A stretch of DNA of 64,000 bases, taken from the NCBI GenBank assembly GCA_963826525.1, contig CAWGXH010000004.1, forward strand, positions 768,001-832,000, read 5' to 3'. Under the pieces are notes generated by a model, which did not search any database, had not been told where the DNA came from, and worked only from the letters and a program-made list of their open reading frames with translations. Position numbers and translations under genes: made by a program. This document shows, piece by piece, positions 22,908 to 33,446 of this stretch. The number at the start of each line of letters is the position of its first letter. Within the stretch, counting starts at the first letter, position 1. Origin of the DNA: an uncultured Methanomicrobiaceae archaeon (GTDB lineage: Archaea > Halobacteriota > Methanomicrobia > Methanomicrobiales > Methanoculleaceae).

Positions 22908-23257
22908 GGATGATCGGTATGGAAGGCGAGGTGTTGATCGAATGGAGGCGGCCGGCGCCTTCCCGGTCTCCCGAGAGGGCTGTGGCGTTCCGGGCGGTGC
23001 TCGAAGATCTCCGGAGCCGGCTTGAGGAGCGGGGTATCGGGGTGACGGTAACGGAGACGCTGCTTTCCGGGGATGCCGCGGGGCAGGTGCTGATGAACGG
23101 TATTCCCTTAGAAGACCTCGTCCCGGTGCAGGGGCGGGAGGAGGGGTGCAGCAGGTGTATGGGCGGCGGTGCCGGGTGCGGCCAGCCTGTCTATGAAGCG
23201 GTGTCCGCACCCCTCCTCCGCCTCGCGGCACTGCGGGCATCCGGCGTGAATCAGTGA
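22904..23257 (+). CDS. DUF2703-like small protein
   Basis: LIEWR, L.ERGI.V...ET, VLMNGIPLEDL, CxxC...C...YEAV...LLR.AAL. Confidence 0.55.
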   Translation: MRMIGMEGEVLIEWRRPAPSRSPERAVAFRAVLEDLRSRLEERGIGVTVTETLLSGDAAGQVLMNGIPLEDLVPVQGREEGCSRCMGGGAGCGQPVYEAVSAPLLRLAALRASGVNQ

Positions 23258-23369
23258 AACGACAGGACTATCCCGGATTCTCTTTGGATAGGCTCTTCTG
23301 AGGTGGTTTTCCAAGCGACATTATTTTATATCGATTAACGTCGTTTCCACTATTTAGGTGTCTGTCCGC

Positions 23370-26300
23370 ATGCCCTCCACGTCCACCGCCGTTCCCGGTC
23401 GTGTCCTCTACGTCGACGACGAACTTCAGCTGCTCGAGTCTGACGAAACTCTTCCTCGAGCGGACAGGGGATATCGCCGTCGATACCACCAACAGCCCGG
23501 AGGAGGCTCTTGAGAAGGTCGTGTCCGGGCGGTACGATGCGATCGTATCCGACTACCAGATGCCGGGGATGGATGGTATCATGCTCCTTGAGCGGATCCG
23601 CTCGGGAGGGTCGGATATTCCGTTCATCATCTTCACCGGCAGGGGGCGGGAGGAGGTGGCGATCCGGGCGCTGAACGCCGGTGCCGACTTCTATCTCCAG
23701 AAAGGCGGCGATCCAAAGGCGCAGTTCGCCGAGCTTGCGAACGCGATCAGGCAGGCGGTCGGGAGGCGGCGAGCGGAAGTGGCGGTGCGCGAGAGGGAGG
23801 CGGTACCTGTACAAGACGCAGGCTCTTGCCAGCCTCGGCAGCTGGAGCTCGATCTCGAGACCGGCCGGCTGATCTGGTCGGACGAGACCTATCGCATCTT
23901 CGGCCTGGATCCGCAGGAGTTCCCGGCAACGTACGAAGCCTTCCTTGACACCGTCCACCCGGACGACCGGGCTTTCGTCGACGCCGCGTACTCGGGATCG
24001 ATCGCGGACGGGAAGGACAGCTGCGAGATCGAGCACCGGCTTGTGCGAGGGTCTGCCGGGGAGATCCGCTACGTCCACGAGAAGTGCGAGCATCAGCGTG
24101 GTGAATCCGGCAGGGTCATACGTTCTCTCGGGATGGTGCACGATATCACCGACCGCAAACGGGCAGAGATTGAGCTGCAACGAAAACATGCCGAACTCGT
24201 GGCCGCGTATGAAGATCTCACCGCCATCGGGGAGGAGCTCCGGTCGAGTTTCGACGCACTTGCCGCAAACCAGCAGCGCCTTCGGGAGAACGAGGAGCGC
24301 TACCGGCGTATCTCCGACAGCATCTCCGACGTCGCGTTCTCCTGTCTTCGCAAGGATACGGGCGAGTACGCGCTCGACTGGCTGGCCGGCGCCGTCCACG
24401 AGATCACCGGGTATACCACCGACGAGATCCTTGCGGAGGGGTGCTGGAAGTGCATTGTCTACCCAGAGGATCTTCCCCTCTTTGAGCGGGAGGTTCTCTC
24501 CCTCTCTCCCGGGGACTCATCCGCCTGCGAGCTGCGGATAGTCCGCCCGGACGGGTCGGCACGGTGGCTGCACATCTCCACGAGCTGCACCGGAGACGGG
24601 AACGCCACCCGGCTGCATGGCGGGTGGCAGGATATCACCGGCCGGAAGGATGCGGAGGAGGCGCTCCGGGAGAGCGAGAAGAAGGACCCGGGATATCACC
24701 CGGCGAAGTTTCGACATGATCTACACCTGCTACCACCGGGAGGGGATTACCTTCATCACCCCGGCGGTGGAGCGGATCCTGGGCTACACGCCGGAGGAGG
24801 TGGTCGGCACCGTCTGCAGGGATTATGTCGCCCCCGAGAGCAGGCTGGTCTGGGAGAAGGCCTACCGGACGATCGTCGCCGGCATCCCGGTCGAGGGTGT
24901 CCGGATCAGGTTCCGCCGAAAGGACGGGACATATGCGCTTGTCGAGGCTCGAACGAGTCCCCCATCTTCAGGGACGGAACGGTCGTCGGCGTCCAGGCGG
25001 TCGGCAGGGATATCACCGCGCGGAAAAAGGCGGAGGACGCCCTGCGGGAGCGGGAGCATCTCCTCAATAAGGTATTCGAGATCCTGCCGATAGGGGTCTG
25101 GCTGGCGGACCGGGAGGGCAGGCTCGTGATGGGCAACCCGGCGGGCAAGAGGATCTGGGGTGCCGAACCCCTGGTCGCCCCGGAGGAGTACGGCGTCTTC
25201 AGGGCTCGACGGCTGCCGTCCGGGAAAGAGGTCGCTGCCGATGACTGGGCGCTCGTCCACACGATCGAGCGAGGTGCGACGGTCGCCGACGAGCTGCTGG
25301 AGATCGATGCCCTCGACGGTAAGAAGCGGGTCATCCTGAACTATACCAGCCCCGTCCTCGACGAAGATGGTGGGATCGCGGGTGCGGTCATCGTCAACCA
25401 GGAGATCACCGATCACTGGCTCGCGGAGAAGGCGCTACGGGAGAGCGCTGAGAAGATGGAGAGCATCTTCCGTGCCGCACCCGCCGGGATAGGAGTGGCG
25501 GTCGACCGTATCTTCACGGAGGTCAACCTGGGCTTCTGCGAGCTCGTCGGCTACGCCCGCGACGAGCTCGTCGGCCGGTCGGTACGGCTGGTCTATCCGA
25601 GCGATGATGATTTCGGATTGATCGGCGAGATGAAGAGCAGTCAGATTGAGAGAGACGGGGCAAGCCGGGTGGAGACACGTTTCCGGCGAAAGGACGGCAG
25701 CCTCATCGATGTGCTGCTCTGCAGCACACCCCTCGATCCTTCGGACCTCTCCCGGGGCGTGACGTTCACCGTGCTGGATATCACCGAACGCAGAGTGATG
25801 GAGCTCGAGATCGCGTTCCATGCCGAAGAGCTCGCCCGGTATTCGAACAGTCTCGCCATGGCGAATCGGAAACTCAACCTGATGAGCAGCATCACCCGAC
25901 ATGACGTCTTAAACCAGCTGATGGTCCTGCAGGGCAACCTTGCGTTTGCGGAGGAGTCGGTACCGGGCGGGGACGTCTCAGGTTACCTTGCAAAGGTGAG
26001 GGATGCGGCTCGCCGGATCCAGCGCCAGATCGAGTTCACCCGGGACTACACGGAGACTCGGTGTCCGGTCGCCTGAGTGGCAGCGGGTCTCGGATGTGAT
26101 CCGGGATGCGGAGCTCGATGCTCTCCCGGTCATCGACGAGACCGGAGGGCTTGTCATCTGCGCCGACCCGATGCTCGGAACCGTCTTTGCAAACCTGATG
26201 GACAACACGATCCGGCACGGGGAGTCGGCGACCCGGATCCGTCTCTCCTGCCGCCCTGAGGAGAACGGCGATATCACTCTCATCTGGGAGGACAACGGTG

Positions 26301-26500
26301 TCGGTATCCCGGCCGGGGAGAAGGAGCGGATCTTTGAGAGGAATGTCGGGAAGAATACGGGGCTCGGCCTCTTCCTGATCCAGGAGATCCTCTCGATAAC
26401 CGGGATCGGCATCATCGAGACGGGCGAAGAGGGGCGGGGGGCGCGGTTTGAGATGCGTGTGCTCCGGGAAGCCTGCCGGGTCGACCGGGAAGAGGCGTGA
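23370..26500 (+). CDS. Hybrid sensor histidine kinase REC-(PAS)n-HisKA-HATPase (several indels)
   Basis: VLYVDDE, IVSDYQMPGMDG, FTGRGREEVAI.ALN.GADFYLQKGG; about 5 PAS; SITRHDVLNQL; NLMDNTIRHG, EDNGVGIP, GLGLFL. Confidence 0.88.
24643..25035 (+). repeat. PAS-encoding cassette, copy B (near-identical to 21350-21745)
   Basis: Direct comparison shows only scattered substitutions and indels over ~390 bp. Confidence 0.92.
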
Positions 26501-26534
26501 GATCGGCTCTCTACCGCTTGGACGCACGCCGGGC

Positions 26535-26810
26535 AGCGGTTGCACTCCTGTTGCACCGCTAGCCGTCATGGTCATAAGGAAAAGGGGTTGTAACGCCCGA
26601 ATATCACTGACGTTTGCACCCATATCGGATTCACAGAGACTCACACGCCCGCCGCCCGCATGCCTGGTGTGCCCTGTGTTCTCCCGGACTGATGCAAAAT
26701 TCTTGTATCTGATTCTACTGTCTTCGTTACAAGAATCATCCGGAAAGGGTCTTCCGGATTTGCACTCTGCCCGTTTTTCGGGCGCAAATGGGGTGCAAAG
26801 GTGCAAACAC
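26535..26810. other. Hairpin-dense intergenic element with six TTGCAC/GTGCAA motifs
   Basis: Inverted repeats at 26535-26560, 26699-26736, 26738-26759 and 26759-26799. Confidence 0.45.
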
Positions 26811-27102
26811 CGGGGCCTGATTCGTCCCGGTCATCGGTGTCACCCGTCTGTTCCTCCATCCGGATATCCCCCTTCGTTGGCCAATTGCGAGAGAGCTCAT
26901 ACTCGAAACGGGGCGTCTCACTCCCGCTCCCGGGAATGTATCCGGGATACCGGAACCGGACGAAAGAATCGTGGCATCCTTCTGTTCTCCCCGCAAACCC
27001 TCCCGGTTTCCGCGAAAGTCTCCCGTCTCCCCGGTGCGCCGGAGGGCCGCCGGACCAGTCTAATATAGAAGGTGTGACATATCTGATCAACACGTGGTTG
27101 TC

Positions 27103-27738
27103 ATGGCTGCAACAACAATTGACCTATTCCTCAATCCGAGGGCATTCTTTGACGCAAAGATGGCCGAAGGCGAGAGCCTGAAGTACCGGCACTGATCGTG
27201 CTTATCATCGGGGTTATCAGTGGGGTCTCGGCCTATCTGGTCTCCGGGCTGACTGTCCACTGCTCCCTCCGGAGGCAGCGTCATTCGGCTCTTTGATTGC
27301 TATCTTCGGCGTAACTGCGGCACTGATTGGTGCCTTCGTGATGTGGGCTGTCATTACGGCGATCTTCTACGGTATCTCATCCCTCTTCGGCGGCGAGGGT
27401 TCGTTCAGGCGTACCCTCGCGTTCGTCGGTTATGGGTATGCACCGCAGATCCTTGGCGGACTCATCTCAATGGTCTTCACATTTCTCTTCGTATCCAGTT
27501 TCCAGGTGCCGAGGGTTGCCGACCCGAATGAGATTGCGAACGTCGCTATGCAGCCTGATGCAGGATCCTCTTCTCCAGGTCGCTACGCTCATCGGCATTC
27601 TCTTCATGCTCTGGAGCGCGAATATCTGGATCTTCGGTGTCAGATCCGCACGGATCTCTCTCGCTGAAGAACGCCGCGATCACGGTCGGCGTTCCGGTGG
27701 CGCTCTATGTCCTCTATGTCCTCTTCAACCTGTTCTGA
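27103..27738 (+). CDS. Yip1 domain membrane protein (indels)
   Basis: LFLNPRAFFDAK...SL..PAL.V; GGEGSFRRTLAFVGYGYAPQI; WSANIWIFGV. Confidence 0.75.
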
Positions 27739-27748
27739 GGTCTACTCT

Positions 27749-28882
27749 ATGAAACTCTCACATCTTTTCATCATTGCCGTTCTCCTCGCCGCCGGGTTTC
27801 TGATCCCTGCGGCCAGCGCCGGGACGGCGGACGTAACGGTTACCTCCTACCAGATCGATCCCCCCTCGCTGATGCGCTGGGATACCGGCACGCTCACCGT
27901 CACCGTCAAGAATAACGGTGCCGAGAGCGTCGCCATCAGGAGCGCCCGCCTCTTCGGAGACGATATCCAGGTCCTGAGCGATGCCTACTCCTCGGTCGGC
28001 GATATCGGGGCAGGCACTACCAAGGAGTTTACCTTCACCGTCCGGGCAAACGCCCCCGACGCCACCTACTACCCGAAATTCGTCATCGACTTCAGGGATG
28101 GCGGGAGCCTCCGCTACCCGATACCGGTTCGGGTGGAGAACACCGGGGTGCAGGTCGCCGTCGCGGCACAGCCGAGTGCTTTTGCAGAAGGACGGGAAGC
28201 GGACGTCACCCTCACAATCGGCAACCCCCGCTCCACCCGGGTGACCGGGGTTACGGTCGTACCCGAAGGTGACGGCTTTACCTCCACACCGTCGAGCGCT
28301 TTTGTCGGGACACTCGATCCCGACCAGGCTGCGCGGGTGATCTTCAACCTCACTCCCAATACACCGACGGATATTGCGTTTCGCGTCATCTTCCGGAACG
28401 GTGTGAATACCCACGAGACCGTGCTCACGCTCCCGATCGCCTTCACGAGCGATAAGCGGCGTGCCGTTCCCGTGCTCACGAACATCGAAGTGGAACCGGT
28501 CGCCGGCGGCTACCGGGTGACGGGCGACGTGACCAACGCCGGCCTTGAGTCGGCACGGTCGGTGATCGTCACGAGCGGCGAGCCCGCGACACCGATCGAT
28601 CCCTTCCGGGTCTACGTCGTCGGGACGCTCGACTCCGACGACTTCTCGAGTTTCGAGGTGACCTTCAGGGCGGAGACGGGCGCGACGGAGATACCGCTCG
28701 TCATCGAGTACCGTGACGGCGACGGCAACGTCTATACGGAGCAGGCTATGGTGAATATCGGCACGACGACCGTTCTGCCGCAGCAGCAGAACGAGACGCT
28801 CCCCGGGGTTGCCATCGCCGTTCTCGCCCTTGTGGCAATCGGGATAGCGGGCGCCGTCATCTATTCGTGGAGAAGGGCCTAA
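27749..28882 (+). CDS. COG1361 S-layer-like exported protein with C-terminal TM anchor
   Basis: Signal peptide, Ig-like beta repeats (VG.L.PD/DSDDFSSFEVTF), C-terminal TM plus RR. Confidence 0.8.
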   Translation: MKLSHLFIIAVLLAAGFLIPAASAGTADVTVTSYQIDPPSLMRWDTGTLTVTVKNNGAESVAIRSARLFGDDIQVLSDAYSSVGDIGAGTTKEFTFTVRANAPDATYYPKFVIDFRDGGSLRYPIPVRVENTGVQVAVAAQPSAFAEGREADVTLTIGNPRSTRVTGVTVVPEGDGFTSTPSSAFVGTLDPDQAARVIFNLTPNTPTDIAFRVIFRNGVNTHETVLTLPIAFTSDKRRAVPVLTNIEVEPVAGGYRVTGDVTNAGLESARSVIVTSGEPATPIDPFRVYVVGTLDSDDFSSFEVTFRAETGATEIPLVIEYRDGDGNVYTEQAMVNIGTTTVLPQQQNETLPGVAIAVLALVAIGIAGAVIYSWRRA

Positions 28883-28887
28883 TATCC

Positions 28888-29555
28888 ATGGCAGTCATTC
28901 AGTTTCAGGACGTCACGAAGGTCTATCCGCTCCCGGCGGGAGATGTCGTCGCACTCGACGGCGTCTCCCTCGATATCGAGGCCGGGGAGTTCGTCTCCGT
29001 CATGGGGCCGTCCGGCTCCGGGAAGTCCACCCTGCTGAATATCATGGGATCTCTCGACGTCCCGACTTCCGGCGACGTATACATCAGCGGCTCGCGGATC
29101 GGCGTCATGAACGACGACGAGCTGACCCTGCTGCGGCGGGATCACATCGGGTTCATCTTCCAGCACTTCAACTTGATCCCGCTCCTCTCGGCGGTCGAGA
29201 ACGTCGAGTACCCGATGATCCTCCGGGGCAGGAAGAGCGACGCCCGGAAGCGGGCGCTCGAGGTGCTTGCAGCGGTCGGGCTTGAAGAGCGGCTTTATAC
29301 CCACAAGCCGAGCGAGCTCTCCGGCGGCCAGCAGCAGCGGGTCGCCATTGCCCGGGCACTCGTCAACGACCCCGACTTCCTCCTCTGCGACGAACCGACC
29401 GGCAACCTCGATACGGTGACCGGAACCGGGATCATGAACCTTCTTTCCCGGATGAACGAGGAAGGAACGACCGTCGTCGTGGTCACCCACGATCCGAGAA
29501 TGGCCGAGGTACCTCGAACCGGACGATCCAGATCGTCGACGGGAGACTGGCATGA
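28888..29555 (+). CDS. ABC transporter ATP-binding protein (LolD/MacB family; indels ~29510)
   Basis: GPSGSGKST, LSGGQQQRVAIARAL, DEPTGNLD, VTHD. Confidence 0.92.
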
Positions 29556-30727
29556 CCTTCTTCGACCTGGCCCGGCGCAACACTCGAGCGTCACATGTTC
29601 CGCTCGGCGCTCGCCATCATCGGGATCGTCATCGGTGTGGTTGCGATCGCCTCGATGGGCGTTCTCGGCAACAGTATCAACCTCATGGTCGGGGACATGG
29701 TCACGGATGTCGGTGACACCATCGTGGTCTCACCCGCTGTCGGCGGCGGCGGTATCTTCGGGGGTGGTGGTGGAGCCAGCACCGGCCTTTCGGAACGACA
29801 GGTCGAGGATATCCGCCGGGCCATCGGGACGAACCGCGCTATACCGGTCATCAGCGGAGCGGATCGGATGACGGTCGGCGATACGACCGGCGGCGTGATG
29901 ATCTACGCGATGCATGCCGATGATATTCCCTACCTCCTCGAGAAGGAGTCCGGGGCATACGTCAAGGAGACCGCCGCGGCCTGCATGATCGGGAAGGGGC
30001 TCGCCGACTCCTGGAAGGATGAGGGCCTCAAGCTCGGCAGCAGGATACAGATCGGCGGCGAGACGCTCAGGGTCGTGGGGATACTCGAAGAGCGCGGGAT
30101 GAGCTTCGACGTCAATCCCGACAACGCTATCGTCGTCCCGTACCGGTGGTACTCCGACCGCTACGATACCGATGAGGTACAGCCAGGTGATCGTGAAGGT
30201 CCGGGACGTCAATGACATCGATGCGGTGAAGGATGCCATCGACGGGCGCATGAACCGGCGTGACGACGTTGTCAACGTCATGGACACCCGCCGGATCCTC
30301 GAGAGCATCTTCTCGATGTACGAATCGGTGACGGTCTTCCTGATGGGGATCGGAGCGATCTCGCTCCTCGTCGCCGGCGTCTCCATCTTAAACGTCATGA
30401 TGATGTCGGTGACCGAACGCACCCGTGAAATCGGCGTTCTGCGGAGTATCGGCACCCGCAGGAGCGAGTTGATGCGGATCTTCATCTACGAGTCGCTGAT
30501 CTTAGGATCCATCGGCGCCGTCACCGGCGGGCTGTTAAGTCTTCGGGGCAGGCTACCTTATGACGGGAGTCTTCCTCGGCAACGCCGCATACCTCCTCAA
30601 CCCGACAAGCCTCTCCTACATCGCTTTCGGGATGAGTTTCGGGGTCGTGACGAGCGTTCTCTGTGGCCTCTATCCGGCATGGAAAGCGGCGAAGCTCAAC
30701 CCTATTCAGGCGCTGCGGCACGAGTGA
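29552..30727 (+). CDS. ABC transporter permease (MacB/FtsX family; indels)
   Basis: RSALAIIGIVIGVVAI, IGAISLLVAGVSILNVMMMSVTERTREIGVLRSIG, GLYPAWKAAKLNPIQALRHE*. Confidence 0.9.
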
Positions 30728-30789
30728 GATAATCACCTATCTCCGCCTTTTTTTGAGAGTGTCCGAACGACGCAGCGTCCCCTGCCGGT

Positions 30790-31110
30790 CACGCATTCGG
30801 TATGACGGGTGTACCTGTGCGGTCGCTGCGGACGAGTTCGTCTCCGAGATCTTCACGAACCTGATCGGCAACGCCGCCAAGTTCGGCGGCCATGAGACAG
30901 AGATCGGTACCCTCGTCGAGGATTCGGGGCCTGGGATCTCCGACGCCATGAAGGCGAAGTTCTCCCGCCGGTTCTGCCGGGGAGAAGGGTTGAAGAGCGG
31001 GAAGGGTTTCGGACTGTATATGTCCCGCCTGCTTGTGGGTGCTACGGCGGGAGCATCGTAGCGCGTGATCGGGTTGCCGGCAACTCCGAGCTCGGTGCGG
31101 CGATGGTCAT
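30790..31110 (+). pseudogene. Degenerate HATPase_c fragment of a histidine kinase
   Basis: ADEFVSEIFTNLIGNAAKFGG, EDSGPGISD, GKGFGLY; no start or sensor region; internal deletion relative to the 57540-57900 paralog. Confidence 0.65.
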
Positions 31111-31156
31111 CACGCTCCCGGGATACTCCGGGAGCCGGGAAGAAGAGAACTCTTCG

Positions 31157-31450
31157 TCAGAGCGAACCGGACGGGCGCGCCCTCGTGCGGGTGGCCTCTC
31201 TGCAGAGCGCCTCGATCTCCGTTCGGAGTTCTTCGGAGTCGCTCTCCCCGGACAGATACACGATCTGCTCTGCATCGCCGTTGATGACGATGAGAGCGAC
31301 CGGGACTACCGAGACGTAGCCTCCGGCGCACCCGGTGATCGTCGAGAGGCTGATGACCGGAATGATGCAGCGGTCGTCGACCGTCTGCATGCCTCCGGCC
31401 ACGAGCTCCCGGGAAAATCCTGCCGCTTCGGGGCTACGCACCGGACGCAC
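31157..31450 (-). CDS. Small protein, divergent YtfJ/GerW-like
   Basis: VDDRCIIPV...GGYVSVVPVALIVI.G...QIVYL resembles the YtfJ core; RBS upstream; overlaps the DUF2953 gene end. Confidence 0.5.
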   Translation of the reverse strand: MRPVRSPEAAGFSRELVAGGMQTVDDRCIIPVISLSTITGCAGGYVSVVPVALIVINGDAEQIVYLSGESDSEELRTEIEALCREATRTRARPSGSL

Positions 31451-32103
31451 CTCTCCCTGAGAGCATCTTCAGCCGGTCCCTGACTGTTCTATGCATCAGC
31501 GCAGCGATGATCGGTATGATGATCGTGAGCGGCCGCTCGATATTCACCTTTACATCCACCTTCCCTTCGAGGATCTCATCGCCGAAGACCGGATGCATGA
31601 TGAGATCGATCCGCTCCGCCGGCCAGAGCGCGTAGCGAAGAGCGGTCATATAGCCGTATACTCGTCCGGTCGCCGCGGGGCTCGCAAGGCCGAGCGTAAC
31701 CTCCCCGATGCACCGCTCGAGCGAGAGCGATCGGAGAAATGCATCGAGCACACGGCGGACGTACGGCCAGAGATCGGTGCCGGCGCTGATATACTCTCCG
31801 ATACCAAGACGCGGCCGCCGTTCTGCCGGTTTTTCCGGTTTTTCCCCCTCAGCGATCGCTACGAGGTCGCGTTTCAGCACCGCACGCCCGGCGAGCAGCA
31901 CCTCGATCTTCCGGTCATCACCGAGAATCCGGAGCCGCACCCCGAGAATACCCCAGGTGACCACGCCGAGGAGCAGCAAAATCTCGCCGGTCTTCTCGGC
32001 AACGAACGTCAGCACGATAGGGATGAGGTAGAGTGCGGCGATGAGGCCGAGTACCGAGGAGTGCAGCAATGAGCAGGATAGCGAGCAGGAGCGATGCGGC
32101 CAT
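31434..32103 (-). CDS. DUF2953 (YtfI-like) membrane protein (indel ~32052)
   Basis: N-terminal hydrophobic segment; LGLASPAATGRVYG...I.MHPVF motif. Confidence 0.7.
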
Positions 32104-32126
32104 AGAAGAAGGAGTGGGCAGGGAAC

Positions 32127-32579
32127 CTACTGTTCTCCTTCACCCTTGATATGGATCTCTTTTGATTCTCCGGAAGGCTGTGCTTCTTTGTGGCGTTTCA
32201 TCATCATCTCGGAGCCTTTCTCCATCGCTCTCCCGATATGCGGGCCGACGGTCTCGCCGAGCGTGGTGATCACCTCCGCTAGTTCGCTCCTCTTCTTGAG
32301 CGAGATGACCTGGACGCCCTCGGGGCCGGTAACGCTTCTGTTGATGATCACGAGTGCCACGACATAGACACCGCCGCCCCCGCCCGTGCCGGCTCCACCG
32401 CCCCGATTTGCCTCCGTAGTTCCCCCGCTTCCCTCTCCTGCGCCGAAACCGAATCCGAACTCGGCTACCGGAAGTATCACCCGGTCGCCCGCTTCGATCG
32501 GTTCACCGATAACGGTGCTCGCACAGAGCATTTTGCCGAGCTGGTCGACGGTCAATTGCAGCATTGATTCGCCAGTCAT
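32127..32579 (-). CDS. ytfJ: GerW/YtfJ family protein
   Basis: TVIGEPIEAGDRVILPVAEFGFGFGAGEG...GGGAGTGGGGGV..VALVII. Confidence 0.88.
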   Translation of the reverse strand: MTGESMLQLTVDQLGKMLCASTVIGEPIEAGDRVILPVAEFGFGFGAGEGSGGTTEANRGGGAGTGGGGGVYVVALVIINRSVTGPEGVQVISLKKRSELAEVITTLGETVGPHIGRAMEKGSEMMMKRHKEAQPSGESKEIHIKGEGEQ

Positions 32580-32716
32580 ACGTTCACCACAGCTACCACT
32601 CTCAGGTATCGTATATAACCGTTGGGGTAATCGGATGCGTTCTCCTGCCTGTTCCGCCGGTACTATCATAACAGCCCCTGGATGAGGTACTGGACGGTTG
32701 CCTCTCTGTCCGGCTC

Positions 32717-33280
32717 TCAGCGGCCGCAAGGAGGTGTGGTGAGGAGTGTGACGACGGCACGGATCAGCCTCCGGAAGGGGACGGCGAGACTTCTTGCGTA
32801 GAACTCCCGCAGCTCGCGGTGGTAGAAGAGGCCTAGGATGAGGGCAGCCGCCACGAAGAGGAACCACTCGGACGGCTCCGAGATCTCACTCCAGAATGCG
32901 TTCCAGAAGTAGTCGGTATAGTGATGCTGCGGATACGGCCCGAGCAGCGGCCAGTACCACTCGACGGGATGAAGCCACATCCCGTCCATGATCTGGTGCG
33001 AAAAGATGCCGGCTGCGAGCACGATACCGAGGAGAACCCCGCGGTATCGCCAGAGGACGAGCCCCAGGATAAGCAGCACGAGCAGGACGATGAGGCCGTG
33101 AAAGTAGATCCTGCCGTAGTCCACGCTGCCTTTCAGGAAGATGTGCCCGAGCGGTTTGTCGATAACGTCGGAGAGCACCCCTCCGACGGCGCCGACGACG
33201 ACCGCCCGTCGGTCGCCCGATATTTTCCAGAATACCAGCCCGATGAGCAGTCCTGCGACGAGGTGGGCGAGGACGAACAT
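32717..33280 (-). CDS. Membrane-bound metal-dependent hydrolase (YdjM/DUF457-like)
   Basis: H near N-terminus, LSDVIDKPLG, GRIYFHG, SHQIMDGMW, WPL. Confidence 0.75.
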   Translation of the reverse strand: MFVLAHLVAGLLIGLVFWKISGDRRAVVVGAVGGVLSDVIDKPLGHIFLKGSVDYGRIYFHGLIVLLVLLILGLVLWRYRGVLLGIVLAAGIFSHQIMDGMWLHPVEWYWPLLGPYPQHHYTDYFWNAFWSEISEPSEWFLFVAAALILGLFYHRELREFYARSLAVPFRRLIRAVVTLLTTPPCGR

Positions 33281-33414
33281 TGCTCCCTGTTATCGGGGGT
33301 GCATGTTATACTCTTCGGCGCCGTGCCGCAGCGCGAGGTGGAGAGCGGCTGGCCGGTCTGTCTCCGTCCGTTGTTGCAACAGAGGGTACTTCGTAACGCA
33401 CATGTGAACCACAA

Positions 33415-33430
33415 TGTATATTACTGTACA
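33415..33430. promoter_or_regulatory. Tandem TRP boxes (putative TrpY operator) overlapping the trp promoter
   Basis: TGTATA-ttac-TGTACA, 16 bp upstream of the trpB2 ATG; matches the euryarchaeal TRP box consensus TGTACA with 4-bp spacing. Confidence 0.7.
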
Positions 33431-33446
33431 TGGCTTACGGTGATCC

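Noticed and set aside
23253-23351. Imperfect inverted pair AGTGAAACGAC / GTCGTTTCCACT resembling ORB cores around an AT-rich patch
   Set aside because: Short and imperfect, no G-string, overlaps a stop codon; the AT patch is explained as the kinase promoter
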